64,000 nt of DNA from Escherichia phage vB_Eco_PATM. Under the pieces are notes generated by a model, which was not told the DNA's origin, searched no databases, and saw only the letters and a program-made list of their open reading frames with translations. Positions 34,783-44,808 of this stretch are shown here, piece by piece. The stretch lies in the sequence record OX090893; one strand, given 5' to 3'. A program made the translations under genes and the position numbers. The first letter of the stretch is position 1. Every line of letters starts with the position of its first letter.

Positions 34783-35270
34783 TGAAATGTGAGATCAAAC
34801 GTGGCGATGATATGTCGTTAGATGAATATTTTAGTAAAATGCTGGCTCTGGATAATATAGAAATAGATGCTGGTTTTCTTACTGCTGTTCGCCATCCAGA
34901 ATCAGATCTCACTATCCCTGCAATTGCTGCCATACAACAGTTTGGTAATGAAACAAACAATACTCCTGCACGTCCGTTTTTAACGGATGGTGCAGTCCAC
35001 GCCAGCAAAGAAATACCTAAACATTTTGATGAAGTGTTTAGAGATTATTTACTTCGTGGAAGGGGTTTAGCTGCCTTTGAACCTATTGCAAAAGTTTCAC
35101 GAGAATCTATTGCTAAAGCGATTGCTCTGCAACGTTATAGACCACTATCTCCTGTGACTATTAAAATCCGTAGAGATAAAGGTAACTACTCTTCTCATAT
35201 TCTTATTGATACTGGACACTTAATTAACAGTATTGAATCAGAAATCAAGAAGGGTCGTTCTAAAAAATAA
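34782..35270 (+). CDS. Hypothetical structural protein (162 aa)
   Basis: Translationally coupled ORF (start overlaps previous stop). Confidence 0.45.
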   Translation: MKCEIKRGDDMSLDEYFSKMLALDNIEIDAGFLTAVRHPESDLTIPAIAAIQQFGNETNNTPARPFLTDGAVHASKEIPKHFDEVFRDYLLRGRGLAAFEPIAKVSRESIAKAIALQRYRPLSPVTIKIRRDKGNYSSHILIDTGHLINSIESEIKKGRSKK

Positions 35271-35271
35271 C

Positions 35272-35300
35272 TTGCAATAAGTCTGTTTTTGATGTATACT
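35272..35300 (+). promoter_or_regulatory. Sigma70-like promoter (TTGCAA-17-TATACT)
   Basis: Hexamers upstream of the 35315 ORF. Confidence 0.4.
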
Positions 35301-35314
35301 AAAAAGGAGATACA

Positions 35315-35731
35315 ATGCTATTAGACCAATTTACTCTCCTTGATCTTACAACGTATCAGGGTCGTAAAAGAACCTATGTTCAAGATCCTGATTCGCCAAT
35401 TTCCAATATGGGTAATACAGTAGCATACGAAGACTTTACAATAGAGGCTGCAAGTTTGCAACCAATATCAGGTAGAACACTTCAAGCACTGCCAGAAGGA
35501 TACAGATCTAAGGCACAATATAGCTTCTGGACAAAAACAGAAATCAGAGGCATTCAGCAAGGATCAGATCAATTATCTGACCAAATACTAATAGATGGAC
35601 AATGGTTTTCCATTTATTCTTTGAAAGATTGGACAAGAACATCTTTCTTAATACACACACATTGTGTTGCTATTCTAGATGACCAGAATAACACCTATTC
35701 TTATTCTGAGGAGGGTGGTAATTTTGGCTAA
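35315..35731 (+). CDS. Hypothetical structural protein (138 aa)
   Basis: ORF with RBS AAAGGAG. Confidence 0.45.
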   Translation: MLLDQFTLLDLTTYQGRKRTYVQDPDSPISNMGNTVAYEDFTIEAASLQPISGRTLQALPEGYRSKAQYSFWTKTEIRGIQQGSDQLSDQILIDGQWFSIYSLKDWTRTSFLIHTHCVAILDDQNNTYSYSEEGGNFG

Positions 35732-36380
35732 TATCTATGAACAAATTGAATTGTATGAAAATACGATATTATTAAATATCGCTAAGTTCTTACAAAGACT
35801 CGTGGGGCTTCCGGTTTATGTTATGGATAAGCCATTTGTTAAACCAACAACCCCATATCTGACATTACGTATTGTATCATCTGATGATTCAGGTGGTTGG
35901 TCACAAAAATATTCTTTTAGTGAAGATGCGTTTTCATATCTAATGGACAATAAGTATGAAATAGAACTTATGGCTTTTAGAGGAAGACCAATGACACTTT
36001 TAAGTTATGTTCTTGCGGCACTTCGTGGTGCAGATGAATTAAAATACCAGTATCTTTATTCCAAAGGTATTAGCTTCTTGTCTGCAACAAATGTTGCACA
36101 GGCTAACACTGTTCTGGATGGAGATAAAACTGAACAAAGAGCGAGAATATTTCTTACATTCAATACTACGATGGTTATTGAGGATTTAGTAACTACCGAA
36201 ATTGAAGCAATTAATATGAACATTCATTCGTTCAGAGATGATTACGATGATCCTACTCCAATAGATCTTCCTTTGGATAAGATTTACATTGTTGCTCACA
36301 GAAGTAAAACCTATTACTTTACGACGACTGATGATGGATCATTAATTAAGTATATCCCAACGGATAATTCATTGGAATAA
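35679..36380 (+). CDS. Hypothetical structural protein; start uncertain (ATG 35679 overlaps previous gene; in-frame GTG 35715 / TTG 35724 follow an RBS)
   Basis: 233 aa ORF; RBS GAGGAGG at 35707-35713. Confidence 0.4.
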   Translation: MTRITPILILRRVVILANIYEQIELYENTILLNIAKFLQRLVGLPVYVMDKPFVKPTTPYLTLRIVSSDDSGGWSQKYSFSEDAFSYLMDNKYEIELMAFRGRPMTLLSYVLAALRGADELKYQYLYSKGISFLSATNVAQANTVLDGDKTEQRARIFLTFNTTMVIEDLVTTEIEAINMNIHSFRDDYDDPTPIDLPLDKIYIVAHRSKTYYFTTTDDGSLIKYIPTDNSLE

Positions 36381-36400
36381 AGTTTCTAACAGGAGCATAA

Positions 36401-37807
36401 ATGGCAACTTTTCGTGATAAGGTAGTTTCCGTAACCCTTACCTACGGTGCTACTTCAATTAGTGAAACACAGTTTGATATCCCTCTAATTCTTACAGGGC
36501 ATAACGTTACTGGCAATCTTGTAGATTATTTCACTTCTTCAGACGCACTTCTGCAAGCAGGTTTTGGCACTGCCGATCCAGCTTATAAAATGGCAAAACT
36601 ACTATTTGACGGTCTGTTCGCACCAGAACAAGTTATCGTCGGTAAGCGTGATGTTTCTAAAACAACTCTAACTCCAGTAGTTGAAGATAGTGCAACTTAC
36701 GTTATCACTATTAAAGCAAATTCAAAAAGCAAGGACTTCAAGTTTGTTGCCGATGATACTGCAACTGCTCAAGAGATTGTTGTTGGTTTAACAGAAATGA
36801 TCAACGCAGACATGGTGTATAAAGAATTCTTCACTGTGTCAAACGATGGTAGTGTTATCACTGTAACCCCAGTTGCAGGTAAATACGCTACTATGGATAG
36901 TTCAGGATTCACAACTAAAGTAGAATATGCAAATGATATCTTAGAAGATATTGCTAAAATTGCAGATTATGAAAACAGTTGGTTCTGGTTACTATCTGAT
37001 TCTCACGCAGAACAAGATATTATCGATCTAGCAGGTTATGTAGAAGAGCACGATAAAGTGTATTTCTTCTCTACCTCGCAACCAGGTGTTCTAACTAAAC
37101 AAGAAGATAACATTCTAGAACGCTTAGGTGATATGGGCTACAATAACACTTGTATGGCATTGTGGATGACTAACGCTGATACAGTGTTCCCAGAAGCTGC
37201 TGTAGTTGGTTCTATCTGCTCTGCAACACCAGGTACTACTACCCTGCATGGTAAAACCCTTGTTGGTATCGAGATTGAAAAACTTGGTCAGACAGCAGAA
37301 AACTTTATCGTTCAACAGAATGGTAATATTTACCGTAAAGAACACGGTGTTCTGTTCTACCGTGATGGTTTCATGGTTAGTGGTTTCTATGTTGACTATG
37401 TGGTACACGCTCTGTGGTTCAAAGCTCGCGTAGAAGAATCTCTGTTCGCTCTATTTAAACAGCAATCTATGCTTGGTAGTGGTGTTAGAGCAACTTCTGC
37501 TGGTCTTGCTTTGATTCGTCAGGCTGTTACTGCAAACCCAATCCAAGTAGGTATTAACAATGGTTCTATTGCCAATGAGGTAGTAACTTCAGAGGAAACA
37601 GGACTTCTGGTAAGCCTTAAACCTACTATCTATATCCCATCTCGTGCAGATATGACTGATGCTCAAATCAATGCACGTTTGGTTGATGGTATGGTTATTG
37701 AATACGTATATGCTGGATTCTTCCACTATGTTAAAGTGCAGGTAAACGTTCTGACGAACCGCACTGCAAATAGCCAGAATTCCAATAGCTCTACTGTATC
37801 TTCATAA
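36401..37807 (+). CDS. Tail sheath protein
   Basis: 468 aa ORF directly upstream of a 159 aa tube-sized ORF; size and order typical of contractile-tail sheath. Confidence 0.6.
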   Translation: MATFRDKVVSVTLTYGATSISETQFDIPLILTGHNVTGNLVDYFTSSDALLQAGFGTADPAYKMAKLLFDGLFAPEQVIVGKRDVSKTTLTPVVEDSATYVITIKANSKSKDFKFVADDTATAQEIVVGLTEMINADMVYKEFFTVSNDGSVITVTPVAGKYATMDSSGFTTKVEYANDILEDIAKIADYENSWFWLLSDSHAEQDIIDLAGYVEEHDKVYFFSTSQPGVLTKQEDNILERLGDMGYNNTCMALWMTNADTVFPEAAVVGSICSATPGTTTLHGKTLVGIEIEKLGQTAENFIVQQNGNIYRKEHGVLFYRDGFMVSGFYVDYVVHALWFKARVEESLFALFKQQSMLGSGVRATSAGLALIRQAVTANPIQVGINNGSIANEVVTSEETGLLVSLKPTIYIPSRADMTDAQINARLVDGMVIEYVYAGFFHYVKVQVNVLTNRTANSQNSNSSTVSS

Positions 37808-37814
37808 TTAAAAG

Positions 37815-37838
37815 CAGCGGGGGAAACCCCGCTTATAT
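37815..37838 (+). terminator. Hairpin, possible weak terminator
   Basis: GCGGGG-GAAA-CCCCGC stem-loop followed by TTATAT. Confidence 0.35.
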
Positions 37839-37865
37839 GAAAAGTAGTATAAAAGGAGATCCACT

Positions 37866-38345
37866 TTGGATAAAATGCTTACTGGCGTAATGGCCTATGA
37901 TCCTTCTCAAGTAATCCTGTCTTTGGGTGGTTGGGAACCTTGGGGTTTCGCCGCAGATACCAAAATTGTTATTAACAAAACTAACGATATCATCAACCCA
38001 TATTCAGGTACTGATGGTGACGTTTCCTTGGCGCTTAGTCGTAACCGTTTAGGTACGCTAACAATGTCACTGCAACGTACTTCCCCAGCAAACGAAGTTC
38101 TTGCTGCTTATGCACAAACGATGTATTCTACTCGTCAAGTAGCATTTAGCGTATATCTGGAAGACCCTCGCGGATATTATATCAGCACAATTGGTTGGAT
38201 TCAAAGCCAACCGGACGATACTATTGGTGAAACTATTCAAGAAAACCAATGGGTAATTGGTCTTAAAGATGCAAGCCTACTTCGTTCTACTGTAGGTGTT
38301 GGTGTTAACGCACTTAACTCTATTAGTGCTCTAACTATTCAGTAA
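37866..38345 (+). CDS. Tail tube protein
   Basis: 159 aa ORF following the sheath gene; terminator downstream. Confidence 0.55.
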   Translation: MDKMLTGVMAYDPSQVILSLGGWEPWGFAADTKIVINKTNDIINPYSGTDGDVSLALSRNRLGTLTMSLQRTSPANEVLAAYAQTMYSTRQVAFSVYLEDPRGYYISTIGWIQSQPDDTIGETIQENQWVIGLKDASLLRSTVGVGVNALNSISALTIQ

Positions 38346-38348
38346 TAA

Positions 38349-38375
38349 AAAGGGCAGAAATGCCCTTTATTTTTA
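38349..38375 (+). terminator. Rho-independent terminator
   Basis: AGGGCA-GAAA-TGCCCT hairpin followed by TTATTTTT. Confidence 0.6.
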
Positions 38376-38388
38376 AAGAGAGGAAATA

Positions 38389-38871
38389 ATGGAACAACAA
38401 AAAGATAATACTATTGCAAAATTTGCTCGTCCAGAAGTAATGGTTGAAATTGATCTGGATGAAGGACGCAGTGTAAAATTTAGAGTTCTCAAGTGGAGTC
38501 CAACTAAAGTTTTTGAAAGGATTCCAGAACTAGGTAGTGTACTGGCTGTTCCTATGACAATGTATAATACTGCTCTTATGTCAGCAGACGAAGATCTAGA
38601 AGCTCGTATTGCTATGGCGCTGATCCAGTTATTCAGTGGTCTGGAAGAAAAAAACTTAGCCGCATTCTTACGTAAAATTTTAGATGAAGTTTACACAGAA
38701 GCAGGACACAGTGTTTCCGATAATTTTGATGAATTGTTTTTTGCTCACCCAGAATTAGTTGTTGACTTAGCTGCAAAAGTTCTTGAGGTGAACTATGCCC
38801 CTTTTTTCAAACGAGGTTTCGGAAAACTGTTGACCCAATTTCAAGGAATAGAGACTCTAGCGAAGAGTTAA
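38389..38871 (+). CDS. Tail assembly chaperone (G-like), upstream frame
   Basis: 160 aa acidic ORF just upstream of the tape measure gene; contains a slippery heptamer near its 3' end. Confidence 0.5.
   Translation: MEQQKDNTIAKFARPEVMVEIDLDEGRSVKFRVLKWSPTKVFERIPELGSVLAVPMTMYNTALMSADEDLEARIAMALIQLFSGLEEKNLAAFLRKILDEVYTEAGHSVSDNFDELFFAHPELVVDLAAKVLEVNYAPFFKRGFGKLLTQFQGIETLAKS
38802..38808 (+). other. Candidate -1 programmed ribosomal frameshift site (T TTT TTC)
   Basis: Heptamer is in X-XXY-YYZ register of the 38389 ORF; the -1 frame is open from 38787 to 39146. Confidence 0.5.
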
Positions 38872-38918
38872 GTCCGGCAATTAAATCAGCAATTGAAATT
38901 GCCTCACAAACCCTTAGC

Positions 38919-39146
38919 TTGACATGGTATGAAGTAATTCTTTGTAAGGTAATTAAGAATACCTCCGAAACCTTGTCCTCGTTAGATAATTATGGTGTAG
39001 ATTATCTACTTAAAATTTATGAATATTTAACATTTGAAGACTATGTACAAGATCTTCACGTTAAAGATGCGGATATTAAACGTGGTCAACAGAGAACAAT
39101 AAGAGAACTGGATACGGCTATGAAAAAATTAATTCCAGATTCATAA
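38919..39146 (+). CDS. Downstream -1 frame ORF, probable C-terminal extension of a frameshifted chaperone (GT-like)
   Basis: 75 aa ORF from the track; its frame is the -1 frame of the upstream chaperone and overlaps that gene's last 85 nt without a stop. Confidence 0.4.
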   Translation: MTWYEVILCKVIKNTSETLSSLDNYGVDYLLKIYEYLTFEDYVQDLHVKDADIKRGQQRTIRELDTAMKKLIPDS

Positions 39147-39165
39147 GTAATACGGAGGATTACCC

Positions 39166-41145
39166 TTGTTAGAAATTAACACTTCCAAGATTAAGAATAC
39201 AGTAACGTTTACTGTAGATAAAGACAGTTTAAAAAATACTAAAGACGCAATTAAAAACCTTAAAACTTTTACAGAATCTATTGAACCATCTTTAAATATG
39301 ACTAAAATGCGTCGTCAGTTTAAAAGTATGGAAGAGTATGCTAAAAGAATAAGGCAGCAAATGTCAGGTCTTGGCGGCGGTAATCCTCCACCAATCCCAC
39401 CAACCGGAGGTTCAAGTGGTGGTGGAAAAGGAGGAAGTGGCAGAGGTGGTTCTGGATCTTCTGGAGGACGTAAAACACCAGAGGAAAGAGCCGCAGAAGC
39501 CGCCGCTAAACGTGCAGCACTTGCTAATATGAAGCAAGACGATTTTAGTTTTAAAGCTATGCCTTTTACAAAAGCAGACAGCAGAATTCTAGAAAAATCT
39601 AAAAAGATTGTAGAAGAAACTGTTGAACTTTATCGTAAAGGCGTGATTACTAGCCAACAAATGAACAATACTTTGGCTAGACAGTTAGAAGAACTACGCA
39701 GATCTCATAAAGAGAAGAATGCACAACTTCTTGATGAAGAGAGAGCTAGACGTAGAATTGCCCGTCTGCAAGAAGCAGAAGATAAAAGAAGACAGCGTGT
39801 TCGAGAAAGAGAAAGAAAGGAGTTCGAACGTCAGCAAAGGCGAGAAAAAGAAGCAAGACAGCGAGATAGACAACGTAAGCTATCTGGTGTAGGTAATGCT
39901 GCTATTGCTCTTAACCCTGCTATGTTTGGTGCTGCTCTTTTAGGTGCTGGTTTATATCAAGGTATAAGTAAAATAGCTGAAAGCATCACAACTGCGGCAG
40001 AACGTATTAATATGGTTAGTAAAGGTGGTCAGAACGTACAGGTAAACCCTAATGCAATTTTAACAATGCGTACTTGGGGTGAGATGAACGGTGTAGACTC
40101 TGCCAGCATTATTAAAGCCATTGACAATATTAAAGACGTTCGTGAACGTTTAGGTAATACTGTACTCCACTCTGAATTTGACGAAAAATCAGGTAAATGG
40201 AAAGGTGGAGATAGTGGTATTAATGAAATCATGAACCAATTTGGTTGGTCGAAAGAAGATGTTGCTAAATTCCAGAACAGACCTTTAGACTTTGTTCAAG
40301 CACTTGTTAATGAAGGTCAAAAAAGAGGAATGAACTCTGCGCAAATTGGTCGTTTGATGGAAAACCTTGGTGATGACTTAATGCACTACCAACGTATGTT
40401 TTTGGATAACGGTAAAGAGTACATGAAAGTCTTGGATATGTTAAAAAATTCAGGAGCCACTCTTAACGATGAAAACATCAAAGCAGCACAAGATTTTGTT
40501 AAGCTAAGAGCACAAATTAGTGCAGCAGGAGAAGGTTTTACCAATAACTTACTTATAGGATTTATGGATGGTTTAAAATCTGCACCAGATTTTGCAGAGA
40601 ATATGAAAACTTTCCAAGAAGCTGCTCGTGGTCTTGGTGAAATGTCTGGTAGTATTGTAAGTAGCCTTGCAAAAATTGCGAAATATTTCCTTGATTTTTC
40701 AAATAAGGTTGGGCCAAAAAACAATACTAAAGAAGCTGTAAGAGATTATTATAATGGTACGCAGTATGGGTACGATGCACAGGTTGGTGGTAATCCTTGG
40801 GCTTATTGGCCTATTGGAAGAGATCAATATAAACCTGAAAATCAACCTTTAGGTGACTTTGATAGTAGTTTCTTAACTAGTGCCTTAAACCCAAGTGCTT
40901 CTAGTATCGGTTACAATAGACCTGATTTAACAGCATCTATGCTAACACCACGCCAAGGTGTTCCAGTACCGTTAAGTGTAGAGAATACGGTTGTTATCCC
41001 AGACAACGCATTCCAGATTAATGTTATTCCAGATGGCTATGGTTTTAGTAATTACCTAGATGCGACAATGAATACCAGTTTTAGTAACTTCTCACAAGGT
41101 TTAACTCTTCAGTTAAGCAGTGGACAATCTTCTACTGGTGGTTAA
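39166..41145 (+). CDS. Tail tape measure protein (TTG start)
   Basis: 659 aa; Gly-rich low-complexity region, Arg/Glu-rich helical repeats, long helical body; follows the chaperone pair. Confidence 0.65.
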   Translation: MLEINTSKIKNTVTFTVDKDSLKNTKDAIKNLKTFTESIEPSLNMTKMRRQFKSMEEYAKRIRQQMSGLGGGNPPPIPPTGGSSGGGKGGSGRGGSGSSGGRKTPEERAAEAAAKRAALANMKQDDFSFKAMPFTKADSRILEKSKKIVEETVELYRKGVITSQQMNNTLARQLEELRRSHKEKNAQLLDEERARRRIARLQEAEDKRRQRVRERERKEFERQQRREKEARQRDRQRKLSGVGNAAIALNPAMFGAALLGAGLYQGISKIAESITTAAERINMVSKGGQNVQVNPNAILTMRTWGEMNGVDSASIIKAIDNIKDVRERLGNTVLHSEFDEKSGKWKGGDSGINEIMNQFGWSKEDVAKFQNRPLDFVQALVNEGQKRGMNSAQIGRLMENLGDDLMHYQRMFLDNGKEYMKVLDMLKNSGATLNDENIKAAQDFVKLRAQISAAGEGFTNNLLIGFMDGLKSAPDFAENMKTFQEAARGLGEMSGSIVSSLAKIAKYFLDFSNKVGPKNNTKEAVRDYYNGTQYGYDAQVGGNPWAYWPIGRDQYKPENQPLGDFDSSFLTSALNPSASSIGYNRPDLTASMLTPRQGVPVPLSVENTVVIPDNAFQINVIPDGYGFSNYLDATMNTSFSNFSQGLTLQLSSGQSSTGG

Positions 41146-41150
41146 TGCAT

Positions 41151-41180
41151 AAAGCCTCGCTTCGGCGGGGCTTTTTATTT
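41151..41180 (+). terminator. Rho-independent terminator
   Basis: AGCCTCGC-TTCG-GCGGGGCT hairpin followed by TTTTTATTT. Confidence 0.65.
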
Positions 41181-41183
41181 GTC

Positions 41184-41213
41184 TTGACAAAGAGTTGTTT
41201 TTCGTGATAAAAT
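41184..41213 (+). promoter_or_regulatory. Sigma70-like promoter (TTGACA-18-TAAAAT)
   Basis: Hexamers immediately after the terminator. Confidence 0.5.
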
Positions 41214-41260
41214 GAGTGATAAGGGAGAATGTTTCTTATCACATTAAGAGGTAAAATTAT

Positions 41261-41971
41261 ATGGCAGCAAACACTCCAGAACAACACGTTCAAGCGGTTT
41301 ATAAAGCGGAACAAGATATAAATTCTACAAAAAACACAAATAACTCTGCCTCTACTGTGAAAGGGGAGAATGGTTTTTGTATTTTAGCAAGTGTTTACAA
41401 TAGTGCAAGTGATCAATATATTCAAAACTACCAAGCTATAGTTTTTGATGCTGTTCCAAATATCGGTGTAAAACGTCAAGCAGATGTTACTAGCTATCCT
41501 GTAGAAAATGGTGCTAATGTATCGGATCACGTTCAAGTTAAGAATAATACTTTCTCTTTATCAGGAATGATTACAGAGACACCTGTAAGATTAATGCGAG
41601 ATATGCTATATAGTGCTGGTGTTAACGGTACTCGTATCAGTCAAGCAATTACTTACTTAGATAAAATATTTGATGAAAGACAGCCTATTATTTTAATAAC
41701 AGAACATAAGGTGTATGAGAATGTTATTTTGAAAGGCATATCATATGAATATCAAACAGAATATGCAATGCAATTTGACTTGGAATTTGAACAAGTAAGA
41801 TTAGTTTCTTACGGGGAAACAAATGCTATTGCACTTAAGACAAAACCAAATAAGAATACAGGTGTTAAAAACAAGAAAGGTACTAGTCCAGATGCTGATT
41901 TGGATGCAAGAACAGGGAAAGCAACTGGTACAGAACATCTTAGTGATCACAGTGCAGATGGTAAAAAATAA
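41261..41971 (+). CDS. Hypothetical tail/baseplate protein (236 aa)
   Basis: ORF after tape measure with RBS AAGAGG. Confidence 0.45.
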   Translation: MAANTPEQHVQAVYKAEQDINSTKNTNNSASTVKGENGFCILASVYNSASDQYIQNYQAIVFDAVPNIGVKRQADVTSYPVENGANVSDHVQVKNNTFSLSGMITETPVRLMRDMLYSAGVNGTRISQAITYLDKIFDERQPIILITEHKVYENVILKGISYEYQTEYAMQFDLEFEQVRLVSYGETNAIALKTKPNKNTGVKNKKGTSPDADLDARTGKATGTEHLSDHSADGKK

Positions 41972-41982
41972 GGAGAAAATTT

Positions 41983-42402
41983 TTGGCTATTTCATCTTAT
42001 TCAAAGATCAGTAGAAGCACATCTAATAGTGGCTACAATGCAGTATTTATTGATCGAAATTTAGGTTATTATTCTTGGTACTTACCTACAGAACAGTACC
42101 CAGACCAAACATATACAGTAACTCTCGATGGAGTAGATTATGATATACGTTTGAGATGGAATACAAGAGATCAAGCGTGGCAAATGCAATTAGGATTATC
42201 AGGAGACAACCCTAGTGTAACTTTTAAAGTAACCAATGGTTTAGATCTTCTAGAACCATATAAGTATATAGAATCTGTGCCGGATGGTCAACTCTATTTG
42301 GTAGATACTGTTAAAATAAACGGTAGACCTAATTACTATGACACAGGTGTAGATAAAAGATTTGCTTTGGTTTATATCGACTCTCTTCCATATCAAGCAT
42401 GA
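41983..42402 (+). CDS. Hypothetical tail/baseplate protein (139 aa)
   Basis: ORF with RBS AAGGAG. Confidence 0.45.
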   Translation: MAISSYSKISRSTSNSGYNAVFIDRNLGYYSWYLPTEQYPDQTYTVTLDGVDYDIRLRWNTRDQAWQMQLGLSGDNPSVTFKVTNGLDLLEPYKYIESVPDGQLYLVDTVKINGRPNYYDTGVDKRFALVYIDSLPYQA

Positions 42403-42418
42403 TAAAAGGAGTTTTTAA

Positions 42419-43429
42419 ATGGCAGAAGAAAGAAATTACACAAAAGCTCCTGCACCCAATCTAAACAGAGCATACAAACTGTTAATAGGTACAGCTACTA
42501 ATACTAAAGAAAAAAGGACAAAAAATTCCTCTTTCAAATCTACAGTAGACTTAGATACTAAACTAGGGGATGCTAAAAAATCAACCCCTAATTTGTATGT
42601 TATTACGGAGCACCAAATATCTTTCACAATAAGAAAAGATAATAATAAAGATCCTAATCAAGCCGAGATAACTATTTATAACCTAAGTGATGATACTGTT
42701 AATTATATTAACAAAGGTATTCGTAACAACTTGGCTGTTGCTTTGGCAGTAGGTTATGAAGGTCAAGAGTTAATTATGATCTTTAAGGGAACGGTGCAAT
42801 GGGTGAGTGATACTTTTAACAATACAGACAGACGTACAGTGTTACATTGTCTGGATGGTGGTATTAACATCTCCGAAGCAAGGACAAGCCGAAGTTATCC
42901 GAAAGGTACAAAAGTAAGTAAGGTTGTTAAAGACTTAGTTAAAGATTTAGGTACTACAGAAGGTAATATTCACGTAGACACAGAGAAAACTTTATCATCT
43001 GCAACAGCTATGTGTGGTAACACATCACATTACTTAGAAAGTATCTGTAAAGGTATTGATCATAATGTGTCAATACAAGACGGATCTGTTTACGTAACAC
43101 CAAGATCACAAATGTCTAGTGCAAGATGTGCATATATTAGTGCAGAAACAGGTTTAATTGGTAGTCCAGAACCTTTCCACAATGATATTAAACCGACACA
43201 AAAAGTAACCAAATCTTCTAAGAAAGCTAAAAAGCCTACAGATGGTGTTAAGTTCAGATGTGAAATGAACGGTGCTATCTTACCAGAAAAAACTGTTTGG
43301 CTCAAGAGCCATAACTACGATGGTGGTTTTAAGGTGGTGTCTGTTGTTCATACAGGCGATAGGGAAGGTAAAGACTGGACAACTGAAGTAGAGTCTGTAT
43401 CTGTATCTGCAATTATTAAGAAGGGCTAG
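42419..43429 (+). CDS. Hypothetical baseplate protein (336 aa)
   Basis: ORF with RBS AAAGGAG; position upstream of the spike-like gene. Confidence 0.45.
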   Translation: MAEERNYTKAPAPNLNRAYKLLIGTATNTKEKRTKNSSFKSTVDLDTKLGDAKKSTPNLYVITEHQISFTIRKDNNKDPNQAEITIYNLSDDTVNYINKGIRNNLAVALAVGYEGQELIMIFKGTVQWVSDTFNNTDRRTVLHCLDGGINISEARTSRSYPKGTKVSKVVKDLVKDLGTTEGNIHVDTEKTLSSATAMCGNTSHYLESICKGIDHNVSIQDGSVYVTPRSQMSSARCAYISAETGLIGSPEPFHNDIKPTQKVTKSSKKAKKPTDGVKFRCEMNGAILPEKTVWLKSHNYDGGFKVVSVVHTGDREGKDWTTEVESVSVSAIIKKG

Positions 43430-43431
43430 AA

Positions 43432-44169
43432 ATGGATGCTTTAAATTTTGTAACAGCAATCCGTGGATTAATCAACGAACAAGTTGCGGAAGTACATACA
43501 TCTTTACCTGTAAGGGTAATTGGTGTAGATTATGGATCTAAGACAGTAACTTTAGAATCTATCGTAAAAAATACCAGATCTACTGAAGATGAAATAGATT
43601 ACCCAACATTCCACGATGTTCCTTTTATGGTAAATGGTGGTGGTACAGGTAGAATTTCATTTCCAATTAAAGCAGGAGATATTGGTGTTGTTGTCTTTTC
43701 GGAAAGAGATCCGTCGAATGCTTTCCAGACAGATGGAGATACAGCCAGCAGTGGAACATTAATTCAACCTTGTGGTTTGTATCCAGCTTGTTTTATTCCT
43801 AAGATAGCAACAGCTACAGATTCTTCTGAAGAAGTAGATTCTGAAAAAGTTGTTATCTCAAATAATAAGCAAACTTACGCTTCGTTTGATCCTAACGGTA
43901 ATATATCTGTGTACAACACACAAGGTATGAAAATAGATATGACACCAAACAGTATCGTTCTTACTGATGCAGGAGGAGGAAAACTTACACTGCAAGGTGG
44001 GACTATGACATATAAAGGTGGTACTGTAAATTTAAACGGTTTAACAATCACACCTGACGGTCGTATGAAAGATAGTGGTGGCATTGGTTTACACACACAT
44101 ACACACCCTGTGCGCGGTGTTGAAACTGGTGGTAGCACTGTTACTTCCGACAAACCAAATGGAGGTTAA
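43432..44169 (+). CDS. Baseplate central spike protein (gpV/gp5-like)
   Basis: 245 aa; Gly-rich C-terminus ending GGIGLHTHTHPVRGVETGGST with an HxHxH metal-binding-like apex. Confidence 0.5.
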   Translation: MDALNFVTAIRGLINEQVAEVHTSLPVRVIGVDYGSKTVTLESIVKNTRSTEDEIDYPTFHDVPFMVNGGGTGRISFPIKAGDIGVVVFSERDPSNAFQTDGDTASSGTLIQPCGLYPACFIPKIATATDSSEEVDSEKVVISNNKQTYASFDPNGNISVYNTQGMKIDMTPNSIVLTDAGGGKLTLQGGTMTYKGGTVNLNGLTITPDGRMKDSGGIGLHTHTHPVRGVETGGSTVTSDKPNGG

Positions 44170-44172
44170 CAG

Positions 44173-44808
44173 ATGGGAATACCATTTGATTTAAAACTTG
44201 ATGGTTCTAACGATTTAGTAATGGTGGATGGTGATTTAACACTAACCACAACTAAAAGTGAAATTGCAGCACAGACGCTTGGAATAACACTTAGAACTTT
44301 CCGTGGAGAATGGTTCCTCAATTCTAATTTTGGGGTTCCATATCTGCAAGAGATTATTGGTGTTGCCAAGAAGAAAGAGATTGTTGATCGCATTTTCTTA
44401 TCAACTATCGCAAGTAATGTTTATATAGATAATATTAATTCCTACACATCCTCTTATGATAGAGATGATAGGTATTACTCAATGAACGTTACTGTTACAG
44501 TTGGTGAACAAGTTGTTAGTGCTCTATTCAGTACACAGCCGTCTGAAGAATATATCTATCCAGAAGCTGGTGACGATAATGCAGCAATCACTTGTGAAGC
44601 ATTTGAAATTGTTGAATCTGCAAATAGACTCTATCGCTTTATTAACATTGTTGGTCTTCCTAGAGATACTTATTCTACTTGGTGGAATGAGTGGTCTAAC
44701 GAGGCATTGATTGAAAAATACCTTGTTAACGAAGCCAATAAAGGTCTTGCAACCAATTACAACTATGCTATAACAGCAACAATGGGAGCTACAAATAATA
44801 ATGGCTGA
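44173..44808 (+). CDS. Hypothetical baseplate protein (211 aa)
   Basis: Translationally coupled ORF in the baseplate cluster. Confidence 0.4.
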   Translation: MGIPFDLKLDGSNDLVMVDGDLTLTTTKSEIAAQTLGITLRTFRGEWFLNSNFGVPYLQEIIGVAKKKEIVDRIFLSTIASNVYIDNINSYTSSYDRDDRYYSMNVTVTVGEQVVSALFSTQPSEEYIYPEAGDDNAAITCEAFEIVESANRLYRFINIVGLPRDTYSTWWNEWSNEALIEKYLVNEANKGLATNYNYAITATMGATNNNG

